The position numbers and the translations under genes were made by a program. A DNA stretch of 64,000 nucleotides, from contig NC_043017.1 in the NCBI RefSeq assembly GCF_006345805.1, positions 7,254,001 to 7,318,000 of the forward strand, in the 5' to 3' direction. This stretch comes from Octopus sinensis. Its lineage: Eukaryota. Under the pieces are notes generated by a model that was not told where the DNA came from, searched no databases, and saw nothing but the letters and a program-made list of their open reading frames with translations. Numbering within the stretch: position 1 is the first letter of the stretch; every line of letters starts with the position of its first letter. This document shows, in pieces, positions 1-10,980 of this stretch.

Positions 1-905
1 TTTTATTCAACGTATTCATCTCTCAGATTCACACACCTATCACAGCAGTTCCTCAGCTTCTCTAAACCCTGAAAAAAGAACTTGGGAGGTTGTAGCAACA
101 ATCACCCCTCAGAGTGAAATTTCATTGTGGAGGCGTTTCTTCAGTTGTGAAAAGAGGTGATAATCAGAAGAGTAAGGTCGGAGGTCTACCAATTCAAAGC
201 CAAAGCTGTGTAGTTTCTGTAGGGTTTCATGTGTTGGTACAACTACCCTACAAAAGCAGGGCATTATGGGTCAGCTTTCCATGGCATCAAAGCTTCATCC
301 AACAGAGACATGTAGTATTCTGCATTGATGGTGCACCCTTTGGCAGGTATTATAAAAGGGGTACTCCCAGAACACTGAAGCCAGAACCTTTCTAGTCATT
401 TTCCGGGTTCAAAACTTCTTGGGATGTGGTGAACAACCGTGACTCCACTCCATTGATTGCTGCTTGGTCCGGGGATGAAGCCTAGTTTCATCCAAGGTGA
501 CTAAACAAGCCATAAAATCAACCTCTCCTGCTGCAGACTGGTCCAAAATCACCTTTGATGCTGTCATCCTGATGTACTTGAGATCTGCATTCAGGCACCC
601 ACCTTGCAGAAAGCTTTCCTATGCCCAGAATGTTGTGGATGATGTGATTAACTCTTTCGCGGGAAATCCTCGGAGTCTCAGCTGAAACCCAGTAGTCCTC
701 GAGAATCATGACATGCACAACGTCCTCTGTAGTTGCAGAAGTTGGCTGTCCTGCCAAAATGATCAGTTAGCCTGATTTTTATTGTGGAGTAAGATGGACA
801 GCCATATTTCAAGACGTTCTTCATCTGGCCATGGATTTCTGCTGGTTGTTTGCCTTGCAGAAAGAGTAATTTCATTACTACTTGTACTTCAATTCTACCA
901 AAATA
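1..905 (-). pseudogene. Decayed mariner (DD34D-type) transposase with frameshifts and stops; the stop codon lies at the window edge
   Basis: Minus-strand translation across frames gives, in order: VMKLLFLQGKQPAEIHGQMKNVLKYGCPSYSTIK (HTH), ISRERVNHIIHNILGIGKLSARWVP, LVTLDET (first catalytic D), TKQQSMEW, KVLASVFW, TINAEYY, an HNA remnant of HDNA, PYS..SDYHLFSQLKK, and the C-terminus DRCVNLRDEYVE*. Confidence 0.9.
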
Positions 906-1268
906 CACTAGGAGCTGCCATCATGCATTAAATCTGCAAAAAAGAGAAAGGTATATTGTATACCATATCATGATATTCTGTATATCTTCTGACCTACCTC
1001 CCAGCTTTAACCTTAAAGCCAGGATCTTTTTTCAACATCACCTTTCTATATTTTCATACATTGTCCACTGTGAAAAAATTAAACCATTTCCTAATCCACC
1101 TTTGAACCTACAATATAAATGTTCTAAGGTAGACAGAGGTAAAGAAGAATATGCAAAGCAAGTCAATCCACATGACAACCAGCCTTAGAATCTTTCGCAT
1201 TATTGGGGTGGAAGGAACCTTGTATCAACATTTAAATTATCTTATCCCACGTATAATATTCAAAAACA

Positions 1269-1341
1269 GTCCTGAGTCAGATAGGGGCGAAGGGAAATCG
1301 TCAGGACATCAGTCGATCCACAAGATCATCATTCTCAGGAC
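1269..1341 (-). ncRNA. Box C/D snoRNA, family A copy 1
   Basis: Minus strand reads GTCCTGAG-A-ATGATGA(C)-TCTTGTGGATCGA-CTGA(D')-TGTC-CTGACGA(C')-TTTCCCTTCGCCCCTAT-CTGA(D)-CTCAGGAC. It has a perfect 8-bp terminal stem, and the D guide is complementary to 28S AUAGGGGCGAA. Confidence 0.9.
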
Positions 1342-1555
1342 AAAAACAAGAGAGAGAGAGAGAGGTTTATTGCAACAACCAGATTGTGAATAATAAAAGA
1401 AGGGAAACTATGTAAGTGAATTTTGTTTGCAAGATTCTATACGTGAGTTTGTATGTTGAAGTATATTCTGTTGTGCCTGGGGAAGTCATTCTATTTTAGT
1501 GCCTTATAATTTAACACACACCAGTAAAATTTCCCCCTATTACCTTTATCTTCCT

Positions 1556-1640
1556 AAAATTTTCGTTGCTTCTTGCAACCTTTTCAATAGTTTTGACTGT
1601 CAAAACTATTGAAAAGGTTGCAAGAAGCAGCGAAAATTTT
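1556..1640. repeat. Near-perfect 42-bp inverted repeat with a 1-nt spacer
   Basis: aaaattttcgttgcttcttgcaaccttttcaatagttttgac-t-gtcaaaactattgaaaaggttgcaagaagcagcgaaaatttt; one mismatch between the arms. Confidence 0.95.
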
Positions 1641-2004
1641 CAGAAAAAGAAAGGGACTCTCCCCAAACACAACAGTATATGTAAGTGAAAACATCAACGA
1701 AATGTCTTAAGTGAGACAAGGGCAAAAAGAATTTCATCAGGGAAATTCTTCAATCCATTGAAACAACCTCTGCATATTTCAAAAGTACCACATTATCTAT
1801 CACCATTTAACGTCCATGCTGGCAAGTTGAGGAGCGGTGCCAGACTCCAGCCTGATTCAGTACGGTTTCTACAGTTAGATGCCCCTTCTGTGAGGCCCAG
1901 TGCTCGAAAGGTGCTCTTTACCGTGATAGTTTCGCAACACCAGCAGCGGATATCACTCTAATACAACATGGCATTATTCTTATCTCACTCATTGCAGCAA
2001 TTAT

Positions 2005-2087
2005 AAACTGTCCCGAGTCAGATAGGGGCGAAGGGAAATCGTCAAGGTATCAGTCGATCCACAAGATCATCATCCTCAGGACAGTTT
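2005..2087 (-). ncRNA. Box C/D snoRNA, family A copy 2
   Basis: Minus strand reads AAACTGTCCTGAG-G-ATGATGA-TCTTGTGGATCGA-CTGA-TACC-TTGACGA-TTTCCCTTCGCCCCTAT-CTGA-CTCGGGACAGTTT. It has a 13-bp terminal stem with one G-U pair, and both guides are identical to copy 1. Confidence 0.9.
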
Positions 2088-2785
2088 TTACCAAATCTCA
2101 TCTCATTCAATGAGAAATCTTTTCTACTTTACCATGGTTGAATAAGGCTGAAGCAACCTAGAGGCATGCCTCCTACTTGCAAGTGTAAAACATTGAGCCA
2201 TCCAACAAGTATATTCAATTAAACGCAATGATACCCCTCTATTTCAAAACCAAACTATAGTAATTAAAAATGAAGTTCTTTTAAATGGCTGCCTATTCTT
2301 TGCAACATTTTTAGTCGCCTACAGGATGCCCCCCCCCCCCACCTCCTACAAAAGTTGCAGAAATTTTATTTTAGTCTGAGCCTGATTTTGCAAAAACACT
2401 GGAGAACAGCAGCCAGAACTTTTAGTACATGATGCACACAAACGAAACAATACATACCTATCTATACGCCCTTAGAAGAGCAACACGAAATCCAACAGAA
2501 GTTATAAACAAATTTTTGGGTCACACCAGTCAGATAATTTAGAACAGAAGGGGGACATGGAAATATCTTTTATTAAACTTTATACAAGGCAGGTTTAAAA
2601 AACCAATTCGCAAAAGGAACCTAAGAGAAACACTAACATTCAAACCGATCATCTTTGGTTTCTCGCACCTATCCAACAATATCATTCTAAAAATAAATCC
2701 CAAAGCTACGGGATAAAACATGACTCAAAACAAGGCTAATAAGTATCACATTTGACCGAATGCTGAAGGGCTATGGAGCTCACAG

Positions 2786-2891
2786 AATTAGTTTCTGATA
2801 CTCAGAAGAAGTGAACGAGTAGAGCTGTCATCACTGCTGAAAATAGCACAGTACTCCGACCTAGTGTTCATCATGATATCAGAAGCTAATT
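2786..2891 (-). ncRNA. Box C/D snoRNA B (unrelated to family A)
   Basis: Minus strand reads AATTAGCTTCTGATA-TC-ATGATGA(C)-ACACTAGGTCGGAGTA-CTGT(D'-like)-GCTATTTTCAGCA-GTGATGA(C')-CAGCTCTACTCGTTCACTTCTT-CTGA(D)-G-TATCAGAAACTAATT. It has a 15-bp terminal inverted repeat with one mismatch. Confidence 0.85.
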
Positions 2892-3395
2892 GGTAATGCT
2901 GACACTATAACAGTATGTCCATAAAACACCTTTACAATTGTTGACCGTCTATTAGCAGTATAAATGGATCAACGTCCTCCACAATTATCAGTCACCCCAT
3001 ACGACACTTTCCATACGTTATACAGTAAGTCCCCTGGACCCGAGTTGGTCTATGAACAAAGGCACACATTGTGCTTTCCCCCTGTTGGGTTATTCTCATT
3101 AAAAGTCAGGGATAAAAATCTTTTGAGACAAACGAAAGTGATCTAAATAACATGCAAAGCTGATATATAACATACAGTAATTTTTTTTCCACGCCACGAT
3201 GGCACTCAAATCTATATCAATCACAGCAAATTACATGTTTATGCTAGCGTGAAAAATAAAACAAGTGACACATCAAATATACAGGAGCGAAAAGAAAGCA
3301 ATCAGATAACGTATTTAATCTACTAAAACACCATATTCTGGTATTTCAGTTGTACCGTTACCACCAGTCACAGAAGACAAAAAAAACATTTACTA

Positions 3396-3477
3396 AAATG
3401 TCCCGAGTCAGATAGGGGCGAAGGGAAATCGTCAAGATAATCAGTCGATCCACAAGGTCATCACTCTCAGGACATTT
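3396..3477 (-). ncRNA. Box C/D snoRNA, family A copy 3
   Basis: Minus strand reads AAATGTCCTGAG-A-GTGATGA-CCTTGTGGATCGA-CTGA-TTATC-TTGACGA-TTTCCCTTCGCCCCTAT-CTGA-CTCGGGACATTT, with a 12-bp terminal stem. Confidence 0.9.
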
Positions 3478-4030
3478 CTATAGAACTACAACTGTACAGC
3501 GATATAGTATTTAGCAAGGGTAACATGTTGACCGTCACAGTAGGGTTGAGGTCAAACTTAGCAGACGGCAGTTACACAGATCACCCACCCAGGAGGAACG
3601 ACGAAATTTAATATCCTCATACCGGACTAATAGGACTTCTGTAAAAATTAAAACTAAGTAGCAAAACATCCCTAATTTAACTGGAGACAAATGAAAGAGC
3701 TACCATTAAAAACGAGCATACACTAAATGGCTACTAATTAATACACTAGTAAATTATGGCTTGATCGACACACGCGGACAGCTTGGGTACAAAAAAATGT
3801 ACGAATCCATCAAGCAGCATTTCTCACTTTAACGAAATCAAAAATTAACCGCAACACATATATTCGAAACTATATAAAATATAGAACTAAAAGGAAAATA
3901 AAACCCTGTACAAAAGCAGATTCTAGCAGTGGTATGGACAGCAGGGTAGGATTAAAAAAAAAAAACCAATTAGGACTGTACTGAATGTAAATTTCTCAGA
4001 CAAATGCCTCTAAGACAGCAATGTAAAAAA

Positions 4031-4110
4031 GTTGTCAGAACTTCGGAAGCACAAAAACTGCACCACGAAGAGAACAACTGATCTTCAGAATCGCGAATGT
4101 CATCACCGAA
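4031..4110 (-). ncRNA. Candidate box C/D snoRNA C
   Basis: GTGATGA (4106-4100), an 11-nt spacer, CTGA (4088-4085), a C'-like GTGGTGC, then CTGA (4038-4035); 72 nt from box C to box D. No clear terminal stem. Supported by sharing strand and spacing with the rest of the cluster. Confidence 0.45.
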
Positions 4111-7100
4111 ATAGAAAAAATCAGTAGCAGAATAAACAGCAAGAGACCACGTGGAGTAAAGTGTGAGAACGGTGAGCAACAGATGAAGCCACGTGGCTGC
4201 AGGTTACCGCCAGTTTCCACTCACGGCAGAACCGTTACAGTTATATCACAGTAAATCTATACACAAAATACTATATATTACATTAAAGCCATGTCTTTTT
4301 TCAAGAGATAAAAGATAAAAAAAAAAAAATTTAGCTTCACCGGAAAAGCGAAAAAAAATAAGTATATATTAATTCTAGTCATAAAATACATATTAATCTA
4401 TGAAGAAAGGGGATTAACGTTAATACATTATGAAAAAAAATAGTTCGATTACTAAAATGGCTAAGTCTTAAACTACGGATTGTCCTCAACATGCTGTATA
4501 TATCTTAATATACGCTACGATTACCCCCGGTCTTGCTGATTGACTTATAAAGCACATACCTCAGCAACAGCCAACAAACTGCTCCGCAAATGACCGAAAC
4601 ACGTACTCACACGCTTTATATACTCGGGATATACATCCGGTTTATATAATTGCAACATTAGACTATATAAAAACTTTGATAAAGACGGAACGAAACCAGT
4701 CCGTCTCCCTTCCCGTCACACTAATAACTATCGGAAGGAAAAAAAAAAGTTGCAAGAAATATTGTTTATTTATATACATGTAAACAATACTTGATTTATA
4801 AACTTTTAAAAGTTATTCTTCGCATGTGAAAACAAAGCAAGTCTATTATTGAGATTATATATTTAAAACACAATTATATATCTGATGAGTTGACAAGATT
4901 TCTATTTCGCTCGTAATCGGTAACACTTGAACAAGAGACAAAAAAAAACCCCAACAACAAAGACCAAGAAATAAACAAATAAAGCTCATGCAACAAGTAT
5001 TTAGCAGAAGTGTGATGTGATGATGAATTATCGATCTTTTAGCAACCATTTCGGGTTTTGTATGAGCACCTGTCAAGGCAGCGAGTTTACAATTAAACGA
5101 AGCGTAGCATGAGTAGATATACTGCTGGGTTCTACTCACTATGGATATGTTATTACCCCATAGGATGGGATTTTACGAATAGAAGAGGAAATAACAGCAG
5201 TCAGCCGTAGGTAAGATTGTTGAGCAGACAACCTTTCTATTCATTTACCTATTTTATCGACTTGTTTCGTATGAAAAAAGGGATTGAGATGTTCATCCCA
5301 GCTTCTCATCTCGTGTTCGACGCACACACAGACACTGTTTCTATGCTTCTCTCTTTCTTTCTCTCTGACGCACACACATTCACACACACAGACAGACACA
5401 GACAAACGGTTTATTCTTCCTTTCTCTTTCTCTCTGTCTCTTTATTATTTACGAGCGACTTTTCCAACTCAAAGATTTGTTTTGTTTCCACAAAGATAAA
5501 CGAAATTTATCATTTTAAAATAGTGTGTAACAACCAATAAGTCTCATCAATGTGTTGTCTTTGTTAATATGTAAACCCTCTTAAAACCTATATCTATTTA
5601 CAATACAGTGAAGTCCGGCAGGCATTATTAACCATCTCACTTATAAATCAATATATTTATCATCTGTTGTGTATAGACTTTCTTTGGCGTCACTTTGTTG
5701 TTTTCTTACTTCTCAATGTCATTCACATGTCTCTTGTTTTCTTCTTTCAATCTCCAATTATTGTATCACAACTGATAAATTAGTGCTAGCTACCCCTACA
5801 TCAGTCAGGTCCAATAACCATATTAATTTTTGTCAATATCTGGTTCTCCTTATCCGTGCCTCATATTTGGAAACCAATGCTGTCATCCTGGCCTTTCTGT
5901 TTTATTGTTACGTGTGTGGTGGGGAAAAGCCCGTAAATGTGTGATTTTTCCTAATCGTACCAACTTGTCTCAGTCAACAGTCTCACCTGAACACTTTTAT
6001 TTTCCATTGTCATTCATGTCCTCCTTGACCGTCACATCTAACTATTTATTATTCGAGAAATTACGACACAACCTGATGATATACAATGCATGTGAGTGCC
6101 TATTCCCTCTGTTAAACTCCAGAAATAGGCAATTATTCTCACACCTACACTGAAATATACATTACAATATATGTATAAATATATCAGACTTAACTGCAAT
6201 GTCATTCGTGTCCTCGCCTAATTAATACATCTTTGATAATCCCAGGTCATTAAAAATCGTACCCTAAACCCAAAACGGCAAATGGTTTTCAACGTCCGAA
6301 GAACGAAGTGCTTTCTTTCATTGTAAGATGTTTTAAAATTATCTCTTTTACTTTCATTTTAACTAGAATATTTTTATACTTTGATGGCCAGGCATCAACA
6401 CCAACTTTATTCATTAATAGAAAATCAATATGTATTTCTCAATTACCAAGAGTAAATGTAAAACCAAAGAATTACGTGTGTGTGTGTTGGTCGAGAACGT
6501 TGTTTAAAGTTTACTGTAACATTCTATTAACATAAATTTCGACACCCACTCCTGGTGCATTTGTTTATAATTTTTTTGTATCATTTTAGATAAACACTTT
6601 CTATAAGTTATAAAGTCTAAAAAAGACGAGTTCTAAATACAAACTACATATTGTGCTTTTGGAAAGGGTATACATTAGTAATCCGTTGTTTTTACTTCAA
6701 TGTTTACGTCCTGATCTAAATTTCAATGTGCTCAGTTGAATAATAACCTCGGTCAACCTGCCTTGGAATAAAATTAAAATAGGTTTTCTGTAAAGTTCCC
6801 TGTATATCCACTTGTAGATGGTTTCTGAAAGAATACCATTTACTGTTTAAAAGAACCAGGATAACTATCATATTCAGTACTATTGTTAATATTTTTTAAT
6901 TGTGAAATTTATACATATATAAAGCTGGGACTGTCTTGTAATAATTGTTATATAGTTGTTTGTGAAAGTTCCCCCGCCCCTCGTTTTTTATTCCAATATA
7001 TGTATAGGCCTGTTATAATTTTATTCATTTTTATTTCAACATATATATTAACTACATTTTACGGAAACCTCCTCATTATACATGCTTTTTGATGTTCAGG

Positions 7101-7605
7101 ATGTTTGGCTCAGTTCCTGATATCTTCAAATATACACTTGGGAAATTTCCGCTGCCTTATTAATTTATCCCTCTTCGCAAATGCCTTCATTTTCATTCTA
7201 TGAGAGGACAACACTACTTTTTTTAGTGGAAAGTTAAGATTATTTCAGTATCGATGAGTCAACGAAGCCTCGTATCGAAACATAATTGTTTAGGGCTTAT
7301 TATGTGGAAAATTACTGCAAAGTATAGGTCCAATGTCGTGTTTAGTTTATAATGACTCAGTTGCATGAGTTATTAGCTTGATGTCTATCTAGCTAATGAT
7401 GATAGGAGCCTGTCGTGGTCGTTCGACCGGCTAAAAAGAAAGAGAAAAACCCCCAAGGCATCTGAATCTCGAATATTTTACTGTCTTGAAAAAGAAAGAG
7501 AAAAGTCAATGGGTGGACGCACTAAAATGTGGTGGGATACCCTTAATTATAGCTCTACTCTATCAGGGCTAACCGAGCGTTAAACAATAGCACGAAAGAC
7601 GTGGC

Positions 7606-7616
7606 CATTATATATA

Positions 7617-7661
<45 letters not shown>

Positions 7662-8010
7662 CATACACGTACATATGTATATATGTATTTATGTAAGTAT
7701 ATATATATATATATATATATATACATACATACACGTATATATGTATTTATGTAAGTATATATATATATATATATAAACACATACATACATATGTATTTAT
7801 GTATGTATGTAAGTATATATATACATACATATATGCACATACACACATACATATGTATTTATGTATGTAAGTATATATATATACATACACACACACACAT
7901 ATATATACATACATATATATATATATATATACACACATACATACATATGTATATATTTATGTATGTAAGTATATATATACATACACATACATACATATAT
8001 ATATATCATT
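7606..8010. repeat. Compound (AT)n/(AC)n microsatellite with internally duplicated blocks
   Basis: Long AT runs and recurring catatgtatttatgtaagtatata blocks; explains the YI/HT-rich ORFs in the track. Confidence 0.95.
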
Positions 8011-8113
8011 TAATATACATAGGATTTAAGATTGATCTACTATAAGTCACTATAAACCCTGTGTATATTCAATATTTACCTCTCGCTGGATAGAGTACTT
8101 ATTTTTGTTATAG

Positions 8114-8185
8114 TGTTCATCCCACCACATAACGGAATATCACACTTTGTATCCATCAATCCAAAATCTCCGACTTACCCGACAG
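8114..8185 (+). CDS. Candidate 72-nt symmetric (phase 1) coding exon, VFIPPHNGISHFVSINPKSPTYPT
   Basis: Acceptor tttttgttatag, donor cag|gttatt, length a multiple of 3 with an open frame. No protein recognised. Confidence 0.25.
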
Positions 8186-9044
8186 GTTATTACGAACCAC
8201 CCGGATTTATATCCTTGGGTGCGGGGAGCCAAACAAAAACGAAACAGAAATAAAATAACAACGTGTGTTTCTATAGTGTAAATAAATGGCAATGTTTTAT
8301 TTATTTATATATATCTTCATACATAATTGGAAATCTGATATCACAAGTTTGCAATAAGGACCTCTAGTGCAGTGCTGTTTGAGATTTTATTCATTGAAAA
8401 ACTGCACCTAACGTCGTTTGTAAAATAATTAATTCATCTCTCAGTAATATTTACTAAAAAGATTTTGAAAATGTTCAGTATGATGTTGGTATTTTTCTTA
8501 TTTAATCTTCTTTAAGAATACTGTTATTTTCTGAGATTGTGTAATGGTTATATGTATAGATATTACACAATCTGACTATATAAATTGTAGTTAACTATAT
8601 ACATGCACATAACAATGCGTAGACATGTGTAAGTATCTGAATGTCTATATTACGTCTGTGCTCGCGCCTATAATTAAATTGTATGATTATCAAAAAGAAT
8701 AATCTGTAAGTTTAAATGCGAACACACTCAGTACATACATACACGTGTGTGTGTGTTGTGTTAGAACAGGAGAAATAAACTGAATGTATGTGTGTGTATT
8801 TTGTTTTACTATTTTTAATTGATTGTAAGTTACAAAATTGACTCGGGGAAGAAAATTTCGTGTACGGCACATTCTACCGATTAAAGCTAATACAGCAAAA
8901 GTTAGAATGCAGTCGGAACCTACACTGTCTGAAAGGTATTTGTAGAAAATATCATTAAAAAAACAAAAAAAAATGTCCATCTTTCTGAAAGTTATGAAGA
9001 AATAAAGTCGTCGTACCTCGTATCACACTTGTGTAGCTATGCCA

Positions 9045-9195
9045 ATGTGTGTGTATAGATAGATAGATAGATAGATATGTAGATAGGTAGATAGATAGAT
9101 AGGTTGGTTGGTAGATAGATAGATAGATAGATATGTAGATAGGTGGGCAAGTAGATAGATAGATAGATAGGTGGGCAGGTAGATAGATAGAGCTG
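9045..9195. repeat. (AGAT)n tetranucleotide microsatellite with variants
   Basis: Direct reading of tandem agat/aggt units. Confidence 0.95.
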
Positions 9196-10576
9196 GATTA
9201 AGACCCATGCAGACCCTATCCACTTAGAAATGTTTGGTGCACTCACAATTCAAAATATAAACAATAATAAACCATAAAATAAAACAAAACTAATAGTAAG
9301 AAAATATTTGTATTTTTTTTATACTTTCACTTTATATTTGAAAAGTTTTCTCCTACTTTGTCTTTGATCAGACCTTCAAAATTAATCTTATGTAACACAT
9401 CTGCTTCTATACTTAGGAGAGAAAAGGAATCCCGAATATTATTTTAGCAAGTTTAAAGTGAATTCTTTTGTGCCGTCAACCATTTACCATTTCTATGGTG
9501 CCTCCCTTCCCTTTGATGTCCTAAGAACATACTTATTTTGTTTAATGGTTAGTCCAGCGCTGTATGTATGTATACACCACGGTGACTCAGCATGATTTCT
9601 TAGGTCATTATCGTTTTATGCAGCCTCGGTTCAACCTTGTCAGTGAAACTGGGCAGACGGCATCTGTTTGGAAACAATTGGAAGGATCGTATCTGTAATC
9701 AAAAGCCTTAGCCTTGTCACACTGATTTCTGCTTGAGAATTACGTTCAAGGTACCCGTATCTGCAGAATAGTCTGCCACTTTAAACATCAATTCAATTAG
9801 CCCAATCGTTCAACTGATCGCATAACTGAAAACACATGGTTGAACATTTTGACTGGGACCCATTGATATTGGTTGAAAATTTTGGCACAAGGCCAGCAAG
9901 TTCGTGGTAAGGGGTAAGTCGATTACATTAGCCCCAACGCTCAACTGATATTTATTTTATCGATCCTGAAAGGCAAAGTCGACCACGGCGGAATTTGAAC
10001 TCAGAAAGTAAAGACGGTCGAAATACCACTAAGCCCGGCATGCTTTAGATTCTGCTAGCCCGAGCCTTAACAGACCCAATTGGAATATAAGGCAAAAATA
10101 TTGTTATTTTTTTGTGCAAAAATTATAGCTGACATGGCTTTGTGGTTAAAAAGTTCGCTTCGCAACTACGTGGTTTCGGATTCAGTCCCACTGCGCGGCA
10201 CTTTGGCATAGATGTCTTCAACTGTAGGATCGGACCGGTCAAATGCCAGGGGAAACTTTGCGGAAGCCCATCCTGTGTCTATTATTATTATTATTGTCAC
10301 TTGGCAATAATCAAAATAATCCTTTCTACTACAGACATAAGGCCTAAAATTTTGGGCTATAGGGGTCTAGCTCGTTATTGCCGTGCAAATAGTTTAGCGG
10401 CATTTCGTCCGTCTTCACGTTCTATCTTCAAATTCCGCCGGGGTCGACTTTGCCTTTCATCCTTTTAAAGTTGAACACTGGGGTCGATGTGATAACTTAA
10501 CCCCTCCCCGAAATTGTTGGCTTTATACTAAAATTTGGGACCACCACCACCACCACCATCATCATTATTATTATTA

Positions 10577-10980
10577 GGCGGTGAGCTGGCAGAAACGTTA
10601 GCACGCCGGGCGAAGTACTTAGCGGTATTTCGTCTGCCGCTACGTTCTGAGTTCAAATTCCGCCGAGGTCGACTTTGCCTTTCATCCTTTCGGGGTCGAT
10701 AAATAAAGTACCAGTTTCCCACTGGGGTCGATGTAATCGACTTAATCCCTTTGTCTGTCTTTGTTTGTCCACTCCATGTTTAGCCCCTTGTGGGTGGTAA
10801 AGAAATAGGTATTTCGCCCGTCTTTACGTTCTGAGTTCAAATTCTCCCGGGGTCGACTTTACCTTTCATTATATCGGGGTCGATAGAATATGTACCTGCC
10901 GAGCACTGGGGTCGATGTAATCGACTCGTCCCCTCCAACTAAATTTCAGGACTAGTGCCTATAATAGAATGGGTTATTAT
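10577..10980 (+). mobile_element. tRNA-derived SINE (Nin-domain-like family): a full copy plus a tandem partial copy
   Basis: Head ggcggtgagctggcagaaacgttagcac, B-box-like gagttcaaattcc, core gtcgactttgcctttcatcctttcggggtcgataa and tail tgtttagccccttgtggg..aaagaaata. More than 20 related copies occur in the window. Confidence 0.85.

Larger units (their letters stand above)
1200..5200 (-). ncRNA. Inferred non-coding snoRNA host gene (boundaries approximate)
   Basis: Four or five co-oriented snoRNAs are separated by short segments bounded by splice-like sites. Examples: exon about 3243-3176 (pyrimidine tract + CTAG acceptor, GTATGT donor), about 3648-3599, about 1958-1923, and donors near 2458, 4560, 4610 and 5138. 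No long ORF. Confidence 0.5.

Noticed and set aside
1035-1195. Possible H/ACA snoRNA (hairpin TTCTAAGG/CCTTAGAA, AGAACA, later ACA)
   Set aside because: The second hairpin does not fold convincingly and no pseudouridylation pocket could be defined.
1270-1343. The three 75-bp dispersed repeats as a CRISPR-like array or hammerhead ribozymes
   Set aside because: The spacing is 0.7-1.4 kb, the context is eukaryotic, and there is no CUGAUGA/GAAA hammerhead core. The C/D box architecture explains them.
1725-1755. CTGATGA on the minus strand as a Penelope-type hammerhead
   Set aside because: No separate GAAA with a stem II follows; there is only a short GAATTTC/GAAATTC hairpin.
2935-3545. Two minus-strand GACGGTCAACA motifs as H/ACA 3' ends
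   Set aside because: There is no box H at a suitable position and no homology beyond the 11-mer.
5640-6150. 91-aa and 107-aa ORFs, or a decayed RT on the minus strand
   Set aside because: No recognisable motifs; the similarity to RT is too weak to call.
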